Source: a virus
Taxonomy: Duplodnaviria; Caudoviricetes
IMG/VR virus record: IMGVR_UViG_3300027782_000030
Coordinates: 1-64,000 of that record
Reading direction: 5' to 3' (one strand)
Length of the DNA stretch: 64,000 nucleotides
This document shows positions 53,679-63,990 of this stretch, one piece after another. The notes under the pieces were generated by a model. The model was given only the letters and a program-made list of their open reading frames with translations. It did no database searches and was not told the origin of the DNA. The translations under genes were made by a program, and so were the position numbers. Every line of letters starts with the position of its first letter. The first letter of the stretch is position 1.

Positions 53679-55373
53679 TTAGTTTAGAACCTCATTAGTA
53701 CCTATCACCTGTTTGACATTATGAGATACTAACCCTTCTGTCAAATAAGTATGAGCATCTGCTACAGTAATCTTTACTACTTCCCCAAAAGAATGTGGTT
53801 TAGTATATTTTACTACTGCTAACTTATTATGGGATGTGATAATATCCCCTGGCATTAATCTTTCAATTTCTATCCAACCTTCTTCTGTTAACATCCTATG
53901 ATTGGCCGAACCTACAAATATAGTATCGTCAACTACTACTTGCCATCTATTAGCATTTTCAAATGATACTGCGGTTACGGGGTACTCACCCCATTCTTTA
54001 GTAGTTTCATGCTGAGTATAAACTAACATACCCTCTTTAACATCTTTGGCATGTATTGAAGTTTTGTCTGCCAACATAATATTGATCCACGGTGCAGGAC
54101 ATCCACCACCTCTATATCGTTCAAGAGGAACTGCGGTTGGGGCTACTTCAGGTGGAATCGGAGCAGGTGGTTCTACTATAGCAGGTGGGCCAGGTGGGAT
54201 AATTACACCTATTTGTTCAACTATTGCAGGTGCTTCTAGCCTAGAACTCACTGAAGTATTGTCAAATATAGGATAGTATGTTTTAGAATTAGTTGGTCCT
54301 GGATTAGCATTATAGATAGGCACAGTCAATGATTGATAACTGTTAGGAAACAATTTCTTAATGTTTAACAAATCAGCAAGAGACTCTAATCCTTGGGTTT
54401 TACAATTTAATGGTATTAATATGTCATCTAAATCTTGACCTATAATAATTAAAAATGCCCCGTATATCTGTTGCTCTTGTAATTTAGTAGGGGTTAACAA
54501 TCTTCCACTAGCAATATCATCAATATCTTGTGATGCCAATCCTGCTGACAATAGCGACAATGCTAATGACTGTGTTATTGTATTATACTTTTTAATAGTT
54601 TGTAGTAGTACTGAGGGTAAACCAAACTTTAGTATCTTTGATAAGTCTATTACCTTACCTGCGGTAATACAGTCTTGACCAAACGCTTGAGTTGCTAGAC
54701 TAACACCAGTTACATCAGCACTGATGAGGTCATTCATATTACTATAAGTGCCTTTAAGGAACTTGCTAGATCCTTGTATTGCATTGATTGTAGTATTAGA
54801 ATAATCTATAAAATTTTGAGCATTTAGAAAACTTGATACAAAATCTTTATACTCAGGCATGCCTGAACCTGCTACAATGCCATTCCAATTAAATTCATTC
54901 CAAGCTTGAAGAGCATATAATCTCAAAAATCCCCATTGGGTAACACTTTTGTTATTATTAGTAGTATCATAAGGAATCCAAGTTGCACTTTGTCCATCGC
55001 CAGTATCACCAGCTGTTGAATAACCAGTCGTTGCCTCTCCTTGCCATTGACCAGTAGGGTCACTAGTAGTGTATCCTGGGCTTTTTGCATTACCTAATGC
55101 AGGGATAATATCTTCACCTATAGCAATTAAATTGTCATAGGTCGAAGTTCCTGTAGGAGTTTTAGCAACATTGCCATTATACGCAGCATATATGGCATAG
55201 GTCAAAGGTTTTAAACATGTGTTGTTAACTAGACTACCCGGAGTGTAAGTAGTATTTGTCTTACTGGTTCCTATGTACCCTTGATTAGTAGGGTTAATAC
55301 ATAGCCCTATATTTTGTAATAAGGAACTATTTACATTTACACCTAATGGACTTTGTTTACCTGTAATACTCAT
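53679..55373 (-). CDS. Probable baseplate/tail protein with C-terminal Hint domain
   Basis: Follows PAAR; C-terminal C(1)...NHR...VSHN Hint signature at 53718-54101. Confidence 0.65.
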   Translation of the reverse strand: MSITGKQSPLGVNVNSSLLQNIGLCINPTNQGYIGTSKTNTTYTPGSLVNNTCLKPLTYAIYAAYNGNVAKTPTGTSTYDNLIAIGEDIIPALGNAKSPGYTTSDPTGQWQGEATTGYSTAGDTGDGQSATWIPYDTTNNNKSVTQWGFLRLYALQAWNEFNWNGIVAGSGMPEYKDFVSSFLNAQNFIDYSNTTINAIQGSSKFLKGTYSNMNDLISADVTGVSLATQAFGQDCITAGKVIDLSKILKFGLPSVLLQTIKKYNTITQSLALSLLSAGLASQDIDDIASGRLLTPTKLQEQQIYGAFLIIIGQDLDDILIPLNCKTQGLESLADLLNIKKLFPNSYQSLTVPIYNANPGPTNSKTYYPIFDNTSVSSRLEAPAIVEQIGVIIPPGPPAIVEPPAPIPPEVAPTAVPLERYRGGGCPAPWINIMLADKTSIHAKDVKEGMLVYTQHETTKEWGEYPVTAVSFENANRWQVVVDDTIFVGSANHRMLTEEGWIEIERLMPGDIITSHNKLAVVKYTKPHSFGEVVKITVADAHTYLTEGLVSHNVKQVIGTNEVLN

Positions 55374-55651
55374 GGGCAGTATACGTCCGGGCTACCATCT
55401 ACGATAGGATGACCGCATGTATTACCTGAACCAGTTCTTAATACAGGTTCTCCTTCAGCAAAAACAGTAGGACTACCTGATGTAGTTCTAGCAGCACTAT
55501 GCGGAGGATGGGGTTTTCCAAACGGAGCATGGGGAGTCATTACACTTACATGTAATCCCACAGGTATACCATTAGCGAATACCGTGCCGGCTCCCCGCAT
55601 AATTTTTCCACCTGCGGAATTTGCATCACCCTGTCTGCTCAATTGCGCCAT
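55370..55651 (-). CDS. PAAR spike-tip protein
   Basis: SRQGD, PHAP..PH, V.AEG.PV.R.G...CGH. Confidence 0.9.
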   Translation of the reverse strand: MAQLSRQGDANSAGGKIMRGAGTVFANGIPVGLHVSVMTPHAPFGKPHPPHSAARTTSGSPTVFAEGEPVLRTGSGNTCGHPIVDGSPDVYCP

Positions 55652-55652
55652 A

Positions 55653-55949
55653 TTATCCTAAGATTAATTTTTTATTAGGTACTGCTATTCCAGTTGTTGC
55701 TTGAGTATATTTTGCTTGTATACTCTCATCCGTTATTCCATAAATTGCAATACTATTAGTATTTAGCTTTATTTCACCCTCGGGATTTGCGGTAAACAGA
55801 CTAGGAACTAGTCCTAACCCCTGTGGTCCGGGTGCTACTGATACTGGATCAAAAATAGTAATAAAATCTGTTTCTACTTTAATTACTTTAGCGATCAATT
55901 CTTCTCCACTGTTTAATTTAAACGTGTAAATTTCATCTTTATTAAGCAT
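55653..55949 (-). CDS. Sm-like phage protein
   Basis: FKLNSGEELIAKV pattern. Confidence 0.6.
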   Translation of the reverse strand: MLNKDEIYTFKLNSGEELIAKVIKVETDFITIFDPVSVAPGPQGLGLVPSLFTANPEGEIKLNTNSIAIYGITDESIQAKYTQATTGIAVPNKKLILG

Positions 55950-55957
55950 TATATTCC

Positions 55958-56182
55958 TTAGGCTGCTAATTTTTGTTTGAGTTCTGGAAACCCACCCACA
56001 TACTCTTCACCGAGAAAAATTTGTGGCACTGATCGGGCAGTTGGTACTGCCTCTAATAATTCTTCTTTTGTCCAACCTTCACCAATTTTCTTTTCTTCAA
56101 ATTGAATTCCTTTGCTTGTTAGCAATGCTTTTGCTTGGTCACAATAAGAACAATTGTTTTTACTCCATACTGTAGCTTTCAT
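55958..56182 (-). CDS. grx: Glutaredoxin
   Basis: CSYC, SVPQIF, GGF. Confidence 0.93.
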   Translation of the reverse strand: MKATVWSKNNCSYCDQAKALLTSKGIQFEEKKIGEGWTKEELLEAVPTARSVPQIFLGEEYVGGFPELKQKLAA

Positions 56183-56196
56183 TTTCTTTCTCCTTT

Positions 56197-57300
56197 TTAT
56201 ACCTTAGGTAATTGGTCATAATCAAGTGATTCACTCATTACGCCCAATACATAGTTAGTTGATTCATTTTCCTGTAATGCTGTTTGTTTTTTACTTGTGT
56301 CACTGTGTTTATTAAACCAAGGGATCGGAGTAGTTTTTGGAACATTAGTATTGGTGTATTTGATTCCAATATCTTTTAATGCATGTAATGCGGTATAATC
56401 TACAAAATCTCGTAGAATGTTAGGATTAAGTCCAATTACAGGACCCATTTTAAACAAATAAGTAGCCCAATCTTTTTCTTCTCTAATAACATCCATATAC
56501 ATACTGTATACTTCTTGCTCACACTCTTGTTTTGCTTGAGCAAATCTAGGATCTTCTTTTACTACTTGATTAATCATCCAAGCAGTCCATTCTTTATGTA
56601 AAAGTTCATCCTGTAAAATTAGACTAATAATGTTACCATTGCCAATAAAGATTTTATTCTCGACCATAGCAAGACTAGTAGCAAAGCTAACCATAAAACG
56701 AAATGCTTCAAGCGCATAACTAGCATTAAGTGCTAGCCAAATAGCTCTTACATGTACCTTTTCACTGATTGCCTCGCCAAGTTCTTTATGGCAATTAATC
56801 ATATGCAATTGATCATAATAGTTACCCACACTGCTTGCCATGTCCACAATCTCTTTAGTGTCATGAATGGTGTTAAACACATCCTTTGGCACATTATAGA
56901 TATTACGAATGATATGACTATAACTGCGACTATGTATGTTAGTTTCAAAGAAGCTCCAATTATACATTAGTGCTTCTAGTTCAGGTAGACTAACAACAGG
57001 TGTAAAAACCTGTGCTGGCCCACGACCTTGAATACTATCAAGTGCGGTTTGTCTTAATAAGTTACTAGTAAAGATATGCTTAACTGCATCACTGGCATCT
57101 TTAAAATCATTAGCATCTTTAGATAGAGAAATTTCTTCGGGTACCCAAAAGAATCCCCTAGCTGTTTGTTCTATCTTTTGTAATTTATTATACTTGACTT
57201 CTTCAAAGCGTTGAATTGTAACAGGACCTTCAGGGTCTAGAAACATTTTACGATTTATATAGTCTGTTTTAGTGTTTAGGTTGTATTGGTGTTTTGACAT
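56197..57300 (-). CDS. nrdB: Class Ia ribonucleotide reductase beta subunit
   Basis: FFWVPEEI, DSIQGR, ETNIHSRSY, EAFRFMVSF, DELLH, QENES.NY. Confidence 0.96.
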   Translation of the reverse strand: MSKHQYNLNTKTDYINRKMFLDPEGPVTIQRFEEVKYNKLQKIEQTARGFFWVPEEISLSKDANDFKDASDAVKHIFTSNLLRQTALDSIQGRGPAQVFTPVVSLPELEALMYNWSFFETNIHSRSYSHIIRNIYNVPKDVFNTIHDTKEIVDMASSVGNYYDQLHMINCHKELGEAISEKVHVRAIWLALNASYALEAFRFMVSFATSLAMVENKIFIGNGNIISLILQDELLHKEWTAWMINQVVKEDPRFAQAKQECEQEVYSMYMDVIREEKDWATYLFKMGPVIGLNPNILRDFVDYTALHALKDIGIKYTNTNVPKTTPIPWFNKHSDTSKKQTALQENESTNYVLGVMSESLDYDQLPKV

Positions 57301-57311
57301 AGTTTTCTATT

Positions 57312-57797
57312 TTAGTTATAATTATCGTCTTTGTCAAGCTCTATCCACGTATAGTCGCCTAACCATTTCACCTTGCATATGTACTCATAATGACTTGGTG
57401 GTCCGCTACTCCAATCATCAGGTCCATTATGTGTCAATATTGTGCATTTATCTACATGATTAAATGCTAGCCAATATATCTGCCCATGATATATTTGAAA
57501 GTTATATTTAGCACTATGCACTGATTCGGTAATATCTAGTCTACGTTTAATACTGGCTGCTTGTTTCTGTAGTACATTAACCAAATCCATAATACGATTA
57601 TATTCTTGTTGGGCGTGCATTTTGGCTACATTGACCATAATGTCTTTTTGTTTTTCAACAGGAATCAAATCAAATTTAGGCCCACTAGATTCTGTAGGAT
57701 AAGGAGTAATATTTCTATTGAAAAATTCAACCAAGCCTGTACTTAATTCAGCATCATAGCTCTCTCTGCCTTGTGCTAAATTACTTCTAGCGGTCAT
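57312..57797 (-). CDS. DUF2452-like protein
   Basis: Coiled coil followed by AKYNFQ..HGQIYWL. Confidence 0.55.
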   Translation of the reverse strand: MTARSNLAQGRESYDAELSTGLVEFFNRNITPYPTESSGPKFDLIPVEKQKDIMVNVAKMHAQQEYNRIMDLVNVLQKQAASIKRRLDITESVHSAKYNFQIYHGQIYWLAFNHVDKCTILTHNGPDDWSSGPPSHYEYICKVKWLGDYTWIELDKDDNYN

Positions 57798-57809
57798 TGA
57801 TATGTCCTG

Positions 57810-58472
57810 TTATTCATTTTTTTCGTCAATAGTGTAAAACCAATCATCTCCGGCAATCCATTTGCGTGTGCCATCCACTGTGAAAATAGTCTGCGCGGCT
57901 TTGAAGTCTGGGAATTTTACTTTGCCTGAAATCAAACTTTGATCATACCACAAACATCGATTGTTAGGCTGACAAGCAAACTGACCGTTTTCTAGACGAA
58001 TAAAATTAAATGACTTATGTTCTTCAGCAACCTCAGTAAAGCCAGTATCAACATCCATTCCGTCAGCACAAAAGTCTACTGTAAATAAATATATTCCGTG
58101 ATGCCATGCACGATCTTTTCCTAAAAACTTAACACCTAGATTACGCAGACCTATTTTTTCAATAATAGTAAAGCGATATCCCATGCAATCCCAAAGCTGT
58201 AAAGTATCTATAGGTAAATTTCCCGTATAGTTTTCTTGCCATACATAAGCGTGGATAGGTAGTTTATCATATAGTGCTCCGTAATTAGGTAATAATGATT
58301 CAATACGAAACACTTGCCCTCGTAGGGCTTTGAGGCTAACCCATATTGCAGGTTCTAACTCACCGTGACCTTTTTCAAAGTTATAAAGAAATTCTCTTTT
58401 AACAAAACATTTGATTGGTGGCAACGATCCGATAATATAACTCATATTGTATGTTGTCCTTATAATTTGCAA
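57810..58472 (-). CDS. Conserved hypothetical phage protein
   Basis: 220-aa ORF in the nrd operon. Confidence 0.7.
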   Translation of the reverse strand: MQIIRTTYNMSYIIGSLPPIKCFVKREFLYNFEKGHGELEPAIWVSLKALRGQVFRIESLLPNYGALYDKLPIHAYVWQENYTGNLPIDTLQLWDCMGYRFTIIEKIGLRNLGVKFLGKDRAWHHGIYLFTVDFCADGMDVDTGFTEVAEEHKSFNFIRLENGQFACQPNNRCLWYDQSLISGKVKFPDFKAAQTIFTVDGTRKWIAGDDWFYTIDEKNE

Positions 58473-60778
58473 GCTTCACAGTCAGACTCATCATCAAAAT
58501 CGATAGGGACAAGAGGCGCTTCTTCGGTAACTGATTTACTTCCTGCTTTATTAATCAAACTATAATAAAAAGTTTTTAGGCCCCAAATATGAGCTTGCAT
58601 CAGATTTTTAGCTATAAGTGTTGTAGGAACTTTACGATCAGGGAAAAATGCCGGATTGTAGAAAGTGTTAGTACTAATGCTTTGGTCTATATAAGCAGCC
58701 AATACAGCGGCGGTTTTGATGTAACCATCACAGTCTCGCTGATCCCACATTAGTTGATATTTGTTTTTTAGTTTTTGATATTCAGGTACTACTTGAACGA
58801 AAGAACCAGCTTTGCTTTCTTTTACAGAGATTAAACTCATTGGCATCTCAATACCATTTGTAGAGTTAATAACTACTGAGGAAGATTCAACTGGTGCTAT
58901 AGCCATTAATGTAGCATTACGAACACCGTGTTTCATCATGTTTTCTCTGAGAGTTTCCCAATCAAGTTCAGGACTAAATTCTGCCAAATCGTTAACTGCT
59001 TCGGCTCGTAACTCCCACGGAAAGATACCTTGTCCATATCGTGTTCTAGCACTTTCTCTGCAAGGTCCACGTTCTTTGGCTAATTCTACAGTGGCTTCTG
59101 TTAGATAATATGCTTGATGCTCAACCCAAGTTTTAACATCTTGAAGTGCATCCTTTTCACCGTACTTGTAACCACGTTTGGCATGCCAGTAGGCCAAGTT
59201 AGTTACTCCAATGCCAAGTGGTTGAATTTCTTCATTACTTAGTTTAGATTGGATACTAAGGTAGTCCTGATAATCAAGGATATTGCACAGGCTGCGCTGG
59301 AGAATGCGACAAGCACGACGCATATCCTCAGGATTTCTGAACGCACCCCAGTTAATCGATCCCAAGGTACAAAGAGCGATACGGCCATCGCTGTCATCCA
59401 AACGCTTAAAAGGACGGGTAGGGAGTAGAATTTCACAGCAAAGATTACTTTGGTAAATTGTATGGTACTCGGGATCAAATGGACCCTGCTTCATAACATT
59501 GTCAATGAACACTAAGTAGATACGTCCTGTATCTGTGCGTTCTTTTAATATGCCACTCTTAAATACTTCTTCAGCACTGATAGTTTTTTTACGAAGACCA
59601 TCTTGGTGTTCGTATTTTACATAGAGTTTTTCAAAGAGTTCGGTGTTTTTGTAGAAGGCTTCGTAGAGGTCCGGTACTTGGTTTGGGTCGAAGAACGTAA
59701 TATTTTCTTTGTTCTTAAACCTACGCCAGAAGAATGCTGAGAGTACGACACCATAGTCCATATGTCTGACTCGGGTTTCTTCTGTTCCTTGATTATTTTT
59801 GAGCACAATAAGGTCATCAAATTGGTGATGCCAAATCGGATAGAACACAGTCGCAGAAGCATTTCTAATCCCTCCTTGTGAACAGGAACGTAAGTCCCCA
59901 AACCATTTCTTTAAGAACGGAATCATGCCAGTATGCATGATCTCGCCTCCCCTAATTGGACTACCCAATGGGCGTAGCCTACCAATCTCTAAACCTATGC
60001 CAGCACGTTTACTAGCATATTTAGCCATCATTTCTCCACTAGCAAATATGGAGTCAAGATCATCATCACTGCGTATGAGAACACAACTAGAAAACTGCTT
60101 TGTAGGAGTCCCAAGCCCAGCAAGAACAGGAGTAGCGAGAGTAAATAAACCGTCAGAGGCTGCATTGTAATATTCCTTAATATATTTTAATCTTGCTGAA
60201 AGTGGTTCTTCTTTATGAAATATTGTCGCGGCAGCGATCATATAACGAATTTGTGGCGTTTCATAAATTTCTTTTGAACTACGATTTCGTACCAAATACT
60301 TTTCAATTAACTGTTCAATAGCCGCATAACTATATTGTTCATCCCTTCCATGATCAATAAAGGCTTCCATTTTATTCCAATCATCTTCGCTATACCATTC
60401 TAATAATTCGGGGGTATATAAACCCACTTTTATATTTCGTACAACAACATCATAGAGTTTAGGAACAGTGTAGCTTCCATAAACATCTTTGCGTAGCATA
60501 CTTAGTCGCTGTTTACCTGCAACATACTGATAATTAGTATGACCTACATCAGGATTGGTCTCAACGTCAATCAAGTCAACAATAGCCCTTAATGTAATTT
60601 CATCAATTTCTTTAGTCGTTATGCCATCATAAAAATGTGGTTGCGCTTTGATTTCTATCATACTTTGGCTTACATCGGCAATTCCTGTACATATATTTGC
60701 TATCTGTGCCTGCCATTTTTCTATTGTAAGGGGCTCTTTTAAGCCTGAACGCTTAACGACATTTATTCTCATGTTCAA
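58460..60778 (-). CDS. nrdA: Class Ia ribonucleotide reductase alpha subunit
   Basis: ATP cone (VVKRSG), QFSSCVL, SNLCCEI, LCTLGS, KTFYY, C-terminal CEAC. Confidence 0.97.
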   Translation of the reverse strand: MNMRINVVKRSGLKEPLTIEKWQAQIANICTGIADVSQSMIEIKAQPHFYDGITTKEIDEITLRAIVDLIDVETNPDVGHTNYQYVAGKQRLSMLRKDVYGSYTVPKLYDVVVRNIKVGLYTPELLEWYSEDDWNKMEAFIDHGRDEQYSYAAIEQLIEKYLVRNRSSKEIYETPQIRYMIAAATIFHKEEPLSARLKYIKEYYNAASDGLFTLATPVLAGLGTPTKQFSSCVLIRSDDDLDSIFASGEMMAKYASKRAGIGLEIGRLRPLGSPIRGGEIMHTGMIPFLKKWFGDLRSCSQGGIRNASATVFYPIWHHQFDDLIVLKNNQGTEETRVRHMDYGVVLSAFFWRRFKNKENITFFDPNQVPDLYEAFYKNTELFEKLYVKYEHQDGLRKKTISAEEVFKSGILKERTDTGRIYLVFIDNVMKQGPFDPEYHTIYQSNLCCEILLPTRPFKRLDDSDGRIALCTLGSINWGAFRNPEDMRRACRILQRSLCNILDYQDYLSIQSKLSNEEIQPLGIGVTNLAYWHAKRGYKYGEKDALQDVKTWVEHQAYYLTEATVELAKERGPCRESARTRYGQGIFPWELRAEAVNDLAEFSPELDWETLRENMMKHGVRNATLMAIAPVESSSVVINSTNGIEMPMSLISVKESKAGSFVQVVPEYQKLKNKYQLMWDQRDCDGYIKTAAVLAAYIDQSISTNTFYNPAFFPDRKVPTTLIAKNLMQAHIWGLKTFYYSLINKAGSKSVTEEAPLVPIDFDDESDCEACKL

Positions 60779-61215
60779 CCTATTTTTTTAATTATTTTAG
60801 AAATATCTATTAATTTAGAAATTTTAAAATCTTGTAGACAACTATTTACTACCATATTGGGCCAGTAATTAAGTATATATTTTGCATCATCTACCAAAAC
60901 CAACACAACATCTTCATTATTGTAGTCTTTAGCGTGGGCAAAGTCAACACGATCCACACCCAATAGTAATAGAGTGTACACCATACCCAAACCACGAGCA
61001 ATAGTACAGTAGTTATTTTCTGCTAATAATTCCCATGGATTGGGCCAATCATTAATAAAATCAGTATGAAGGTAGTGATTCACTAGTGGTGCATGTTGCC
61101 ACCACCGATCAATTTCTACACAGGTAGTTTTTAACTCTGTATCTTCTAACGACTGTCGTAGACGATACCAACTCTTTAATCTAGTATCATATGCTGATTG
61201 AAATACATTGGACAT
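60775..61215 (-). CDS. Hypothetical protein
   Basis: 146-aa ORF coupled to nrdA. Confidence 0.65.
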   Translation of the reverse strand: MSNVFQSAYDTRLKSWYRLRQSLEDTELKTTCVEIDRWWQHAPLVNHYLHTDFINDWPNPWELLAENNYCTIARGLGMVYTLLLLGVDRVDFAHAKDYNNEDVVLVLVDDAKYILNYWPNMVVNSCLQDFKISKLIDISKIIKKIG

Positions 61216-61668
61216 TTATTTGAGTTCAACGCCAAATGACTCAAGTGCTTCTAATACTACATCATGAGTAACAAATGCTTCAGCGTTGAATTCACATTGT
61301 TCCCATAACCAAAATTGTTTTTCTCTTAGGTATTTTCTATCTTTAAGTAAATTAACATTTTCAGGGTGACCAAATATTACAGGATCGCTTTGGCCCCAAA
61401 GTACTATACCTGGTTTACCCTGATCCCAACAATAATGTTGGAAAAAACTATCAATACCCATCCAAGTCTTACATTCTTTAATCAATTCAGCGAGGTCTTC
61501 TAACGATAAATTTTGTCTAAAATCAGCCACTAGCGGTACTTCACCTTCTACCCCAACTTGAACGATATGCTCTTTGACTTGAGCAATTACTTCTTCCCAA
61601 TATGGATAATTTTTAGGATGTTGTTTTCCATTACGCATTGTCTTTGCGTAGGGTGATAAAATAATCAT
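61216..61668 (-). CDS. GT9 (heptosyltransferase)-like single domain
   Basis: KNYPYW, GIDSFFQH, PGIVLWG. Confidence 0.7.
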   Translation of the reverse strand: MIILSPYAKTMRNGKQHPKNYPYWEEVIAQVKEHIVQVGVEGEVPLVADFRQNLSLEDLAELIKECKTWMGIDSFFQHYCWDQGKPGIVLWGQSDPVIFGHPENVNLLKDRKYLREKQFWLWEQCEFNAEAFVTHDVVLEALESFGVELK

Positions 61669-62156
61669 TTAAATGCTTCCACAGTTAAAAATAAATGAGC
61701 AGGATAATGCTCTAGGTACTTGCTAGCAGCAGGTAATCTATTTACAGTATTAAACCCTGTCCACATTAGATGAGTACGGAGTTGGTCTTCGGTAAATAAA
61801 AACAAATGTTCCTGACCCTTTATCCATGGCATTGAGAAAAAATGTCCATATAAATGTACTCTATAGTCAGGTGATCCGTTAACGAAATCTCTACAACTTG
61901 CTAAGAAATCAGGTGTTTCTAAATATAATCTACCGTTTGGTTTTAAAACCCTATGCCATTCTTTAAGTACATCTTTACCCTTATGCCAATCAAAATGTTC
62001 AATTATATGAAACGCTTTTATTTCATCTACTGAATTATCTTCATATGGAATTGTACTTACATCAAATCTAGCATCAACTTTTCCATCATGGTATAAGTCT
62101 ACATTGGTATACCCATCTAGGTAATCATCTCCGCAGGCTAAATTTAATTTAATCAT
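61665..62156 (-). CDS. Class I methyltransferase (type 11-like)
   Basis: KLNLACG...TNVD, HIIEH, RVLKPNG. Confidence 0.85.
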   Translation of the reverse strand: MIKLNLACGDDYLDGYTNVDLYHDGKVDARFDVSTIPYEDNSVDEIKAFHIIEHFDWHKGKDVLKEWHRVLKPNGRLYLETPDFLASCRDFVNGSPDYRVHLYGHFFSMPWIKGQEHLFLFTEDQLRTHLMWTGFNTVNRLPAASKYLEHYPAHLFLTVEAFK

Positions 62157-63136
62157 GATTTATCCACATATAGTTTTCTAAATCCATCTTCTAAACTGCC
62201 CGTCCAATTCCATTGATCCATCTTCTGATATACATTGAAATGTTCAATTGCGCCAAATAACTGTTTAGCTTCGGCAATACTTCTACCAGGAACAATGTCA
62301 GGATAGCAAGTAAAAATGATAGGATTTTTAATATCAGGTAATACTTTCTTAAACACTATATGATCACCCATACCACAGTCTAATACAACTATAGTACTAT
62401 CTCCAAGATTCATTATGTTTTTAAATATCTGCTCATCATGCATGAACATTTCATAGTGACCATCTCTGATACCACCATCTTTGTTTTTTAAATGCCAAGT
62501 AACTGCATTTGGTACTATAAGATTTTTATAGCCCCGCTGTTTTAGTGCATAGGTAAATAGTGTTTCTTCTCTATGTGCTATTCTACTTAAGCCCAAATGA
62601 TAATCTGCTATTCCTGCTCTATATAAAAATGAACAATGTAAATGGTCTACTTCTTGTTTTTCTTTAATATAATACCACTGTAAATTGCCTTCATTATAAA
62701 TGTCTTCAATTTTACCAGTAGCCTGTATTTCTCCACCTAATGGAGGTGTTAATACACTACCACCTACTCCACCAACATCGTCGGCTATATGAGAGTATAA
62801 TACTTCTAAAGTATTGGCTTCGGCAACTGTATCGTCATCCATGCGCCAAACCCATTTATATCCCATTCTATTTGCTTTGTCATGATTAAAATGTTGACCT
62901 TTCTTTTCAGCAAATAACCATTCCCATTGAATGCCTTTTTGATCTAGCATTTGAAAAATGTATAGATAATGCTGATGTTCTCTTACATCAATAGGTTCTA
63001 CATTATCATCAAATACAATGAGTTTATCGGGCTTCATTGTTTGATTAACTACACTCATCATTGCTAATGGCAATGTAGTATCGTATCTACCTCTAGTAGA
63101 TATAGAACATAATATATTTTTACTCATCTTTTCCAA
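62153..63136 (-). CDS. GT2-family glycosyltransferase
   Basis: WRMDDD DxD motif, HLHCSFLYR, HREET. Confidence 0.75.
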   Translation of the reverse strand: MEKMSKNILCSISTRGRYDTTLPLAMMSVVNQTMKPDKLIVFDDNVEPIDVREHQHYLYIFQMLDQKGIQWEWLFAEKKGQHFNHDKANRMGYKWVWRMDDDTVAEANTLEVLYSHIADDVGGVGGSVLTPPLGGEIQATGKIEDIYNEGNLQWYYIKEKQEVDHLHCSFLYRAGIADYHLGLSRIAHREETLFTYALKQRGYKNLIVPNAVTWHLKNKDGGIRDGHYEMFMHDEQIFKNIMNLGDSTIVVLDCGMGDHIVFKKVLPDIKNPIIFTCYPDIVPGRSIAEAKQLFGAIEHFNVYQKMDQWNWTGSLEDGFRKLYVDKS

Positions 63137-63990
63137 CGTTGGTTACAATAAGGAAGTTCTTTCCAATTAAATTTATTACCCAAATGATCTACTTCATACC
63201 AATATATTTGATCCGATCTTACATTAGTAAATCCAAATTCTTTTAATTTGTTTTCTATTATTTCTTTACCTTTAAATGTAGGATGTAAATCAGTATGAAT
63301 TTCTAATACTATTTCGTTAATCCTATCCATTTCTTCTTGGGTAGCATTTAATAATACATCGTACTCAGCACCCTCACAATCAAGCTTTAATAATATGTTA
63401 TTACCTTCTATCATTTTTAAAATAGTAGTTAATGATAGGCTACGGACCATTTCACTATTTTCAGCAACATTATACATACTATTAGCACCAGCATTATCAT
63501 TATCGTTGCTAATCTGAAAATACTTTCCATGCTCTGCGGATACTACGTTTTTCAATGCTATAATAGAAGATAATCCTGATCGTTTTACATTAGATTGAAA
63601 AATATTAAAAGTTTTAGTGACAGGTTCTATTCCTATTACTTTTTTAGCTCCAAGTGATGCTGCTAATAATGAAAACGCTCCAATATTTGCACCTACATCA
63701 ATCACTGATCTACCTATCAATTCTTCTTTAGTAAGATTATATTGATTTGACTCAATGACTTCACGATGCATATTGGCATCTTGCTCTTTCAACCAACTTA
63801 AATCTATTTGTTCATCTTTATCCCAAATACATAGCATCAGATTTATATTATCAGGATCACCTCTTACTAAAGGTGCGTCTAATAATGCACCATCAGGCGC
63901 TATATATTTGAATTTAAAACTAGGAAAATACGATTCATCTAACATATGTAGTTTATGATGCGGACCCCATTTGCCCGGTGGCTCAAGCAT
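63124..63990 (-). CDS. FkbM-family methyltransferase (5'-truncated by window)
   Basis: IDVGANIG, IEP, LKLDCEGAE; frame is open to the window edge. Confidence 0.85.
   Translation of the reverse strand: MLEPPGKWGPHHKLHMLDESYFPSFKFKYIAPDGALLDAPLVRGDPDNINLMLCIWDKDEQIDLSWLKEQDANMHREVIESNQYNLTKEELIGRSVIDVGANIGAFSLLAASLGAKKVIGIEPVTKTFNIFQSNVKRSGLSSIIALKNVVSAEHGKYFQISNDNDNAGANSMYNVAENSEMVRSLSLTTILKMIEGNNILLKLDCEGAEYDVLLNATQEEMDRINEIVLEIHTDLHPTFKGKEIIENKLKEFGFTNVRSDQIYWYEVDHLGNKFNWKELPYCNQRWKR

Noticed and set aside
56197-60778. Intron or intein in nrdA/nrdB
   Set aside because: Both ORFs are continuous and of normal class Ia length with no Hint motifs
2129-63958. Remaining 60-130-aa ORFs antisense to or nested in well-supported genes (e.g. 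3656, 5100, 16389, 44351, 48202, 58812, 59617)
   Set aside because: No recognisable motifs or RBS; explained as alternative-frame shadows
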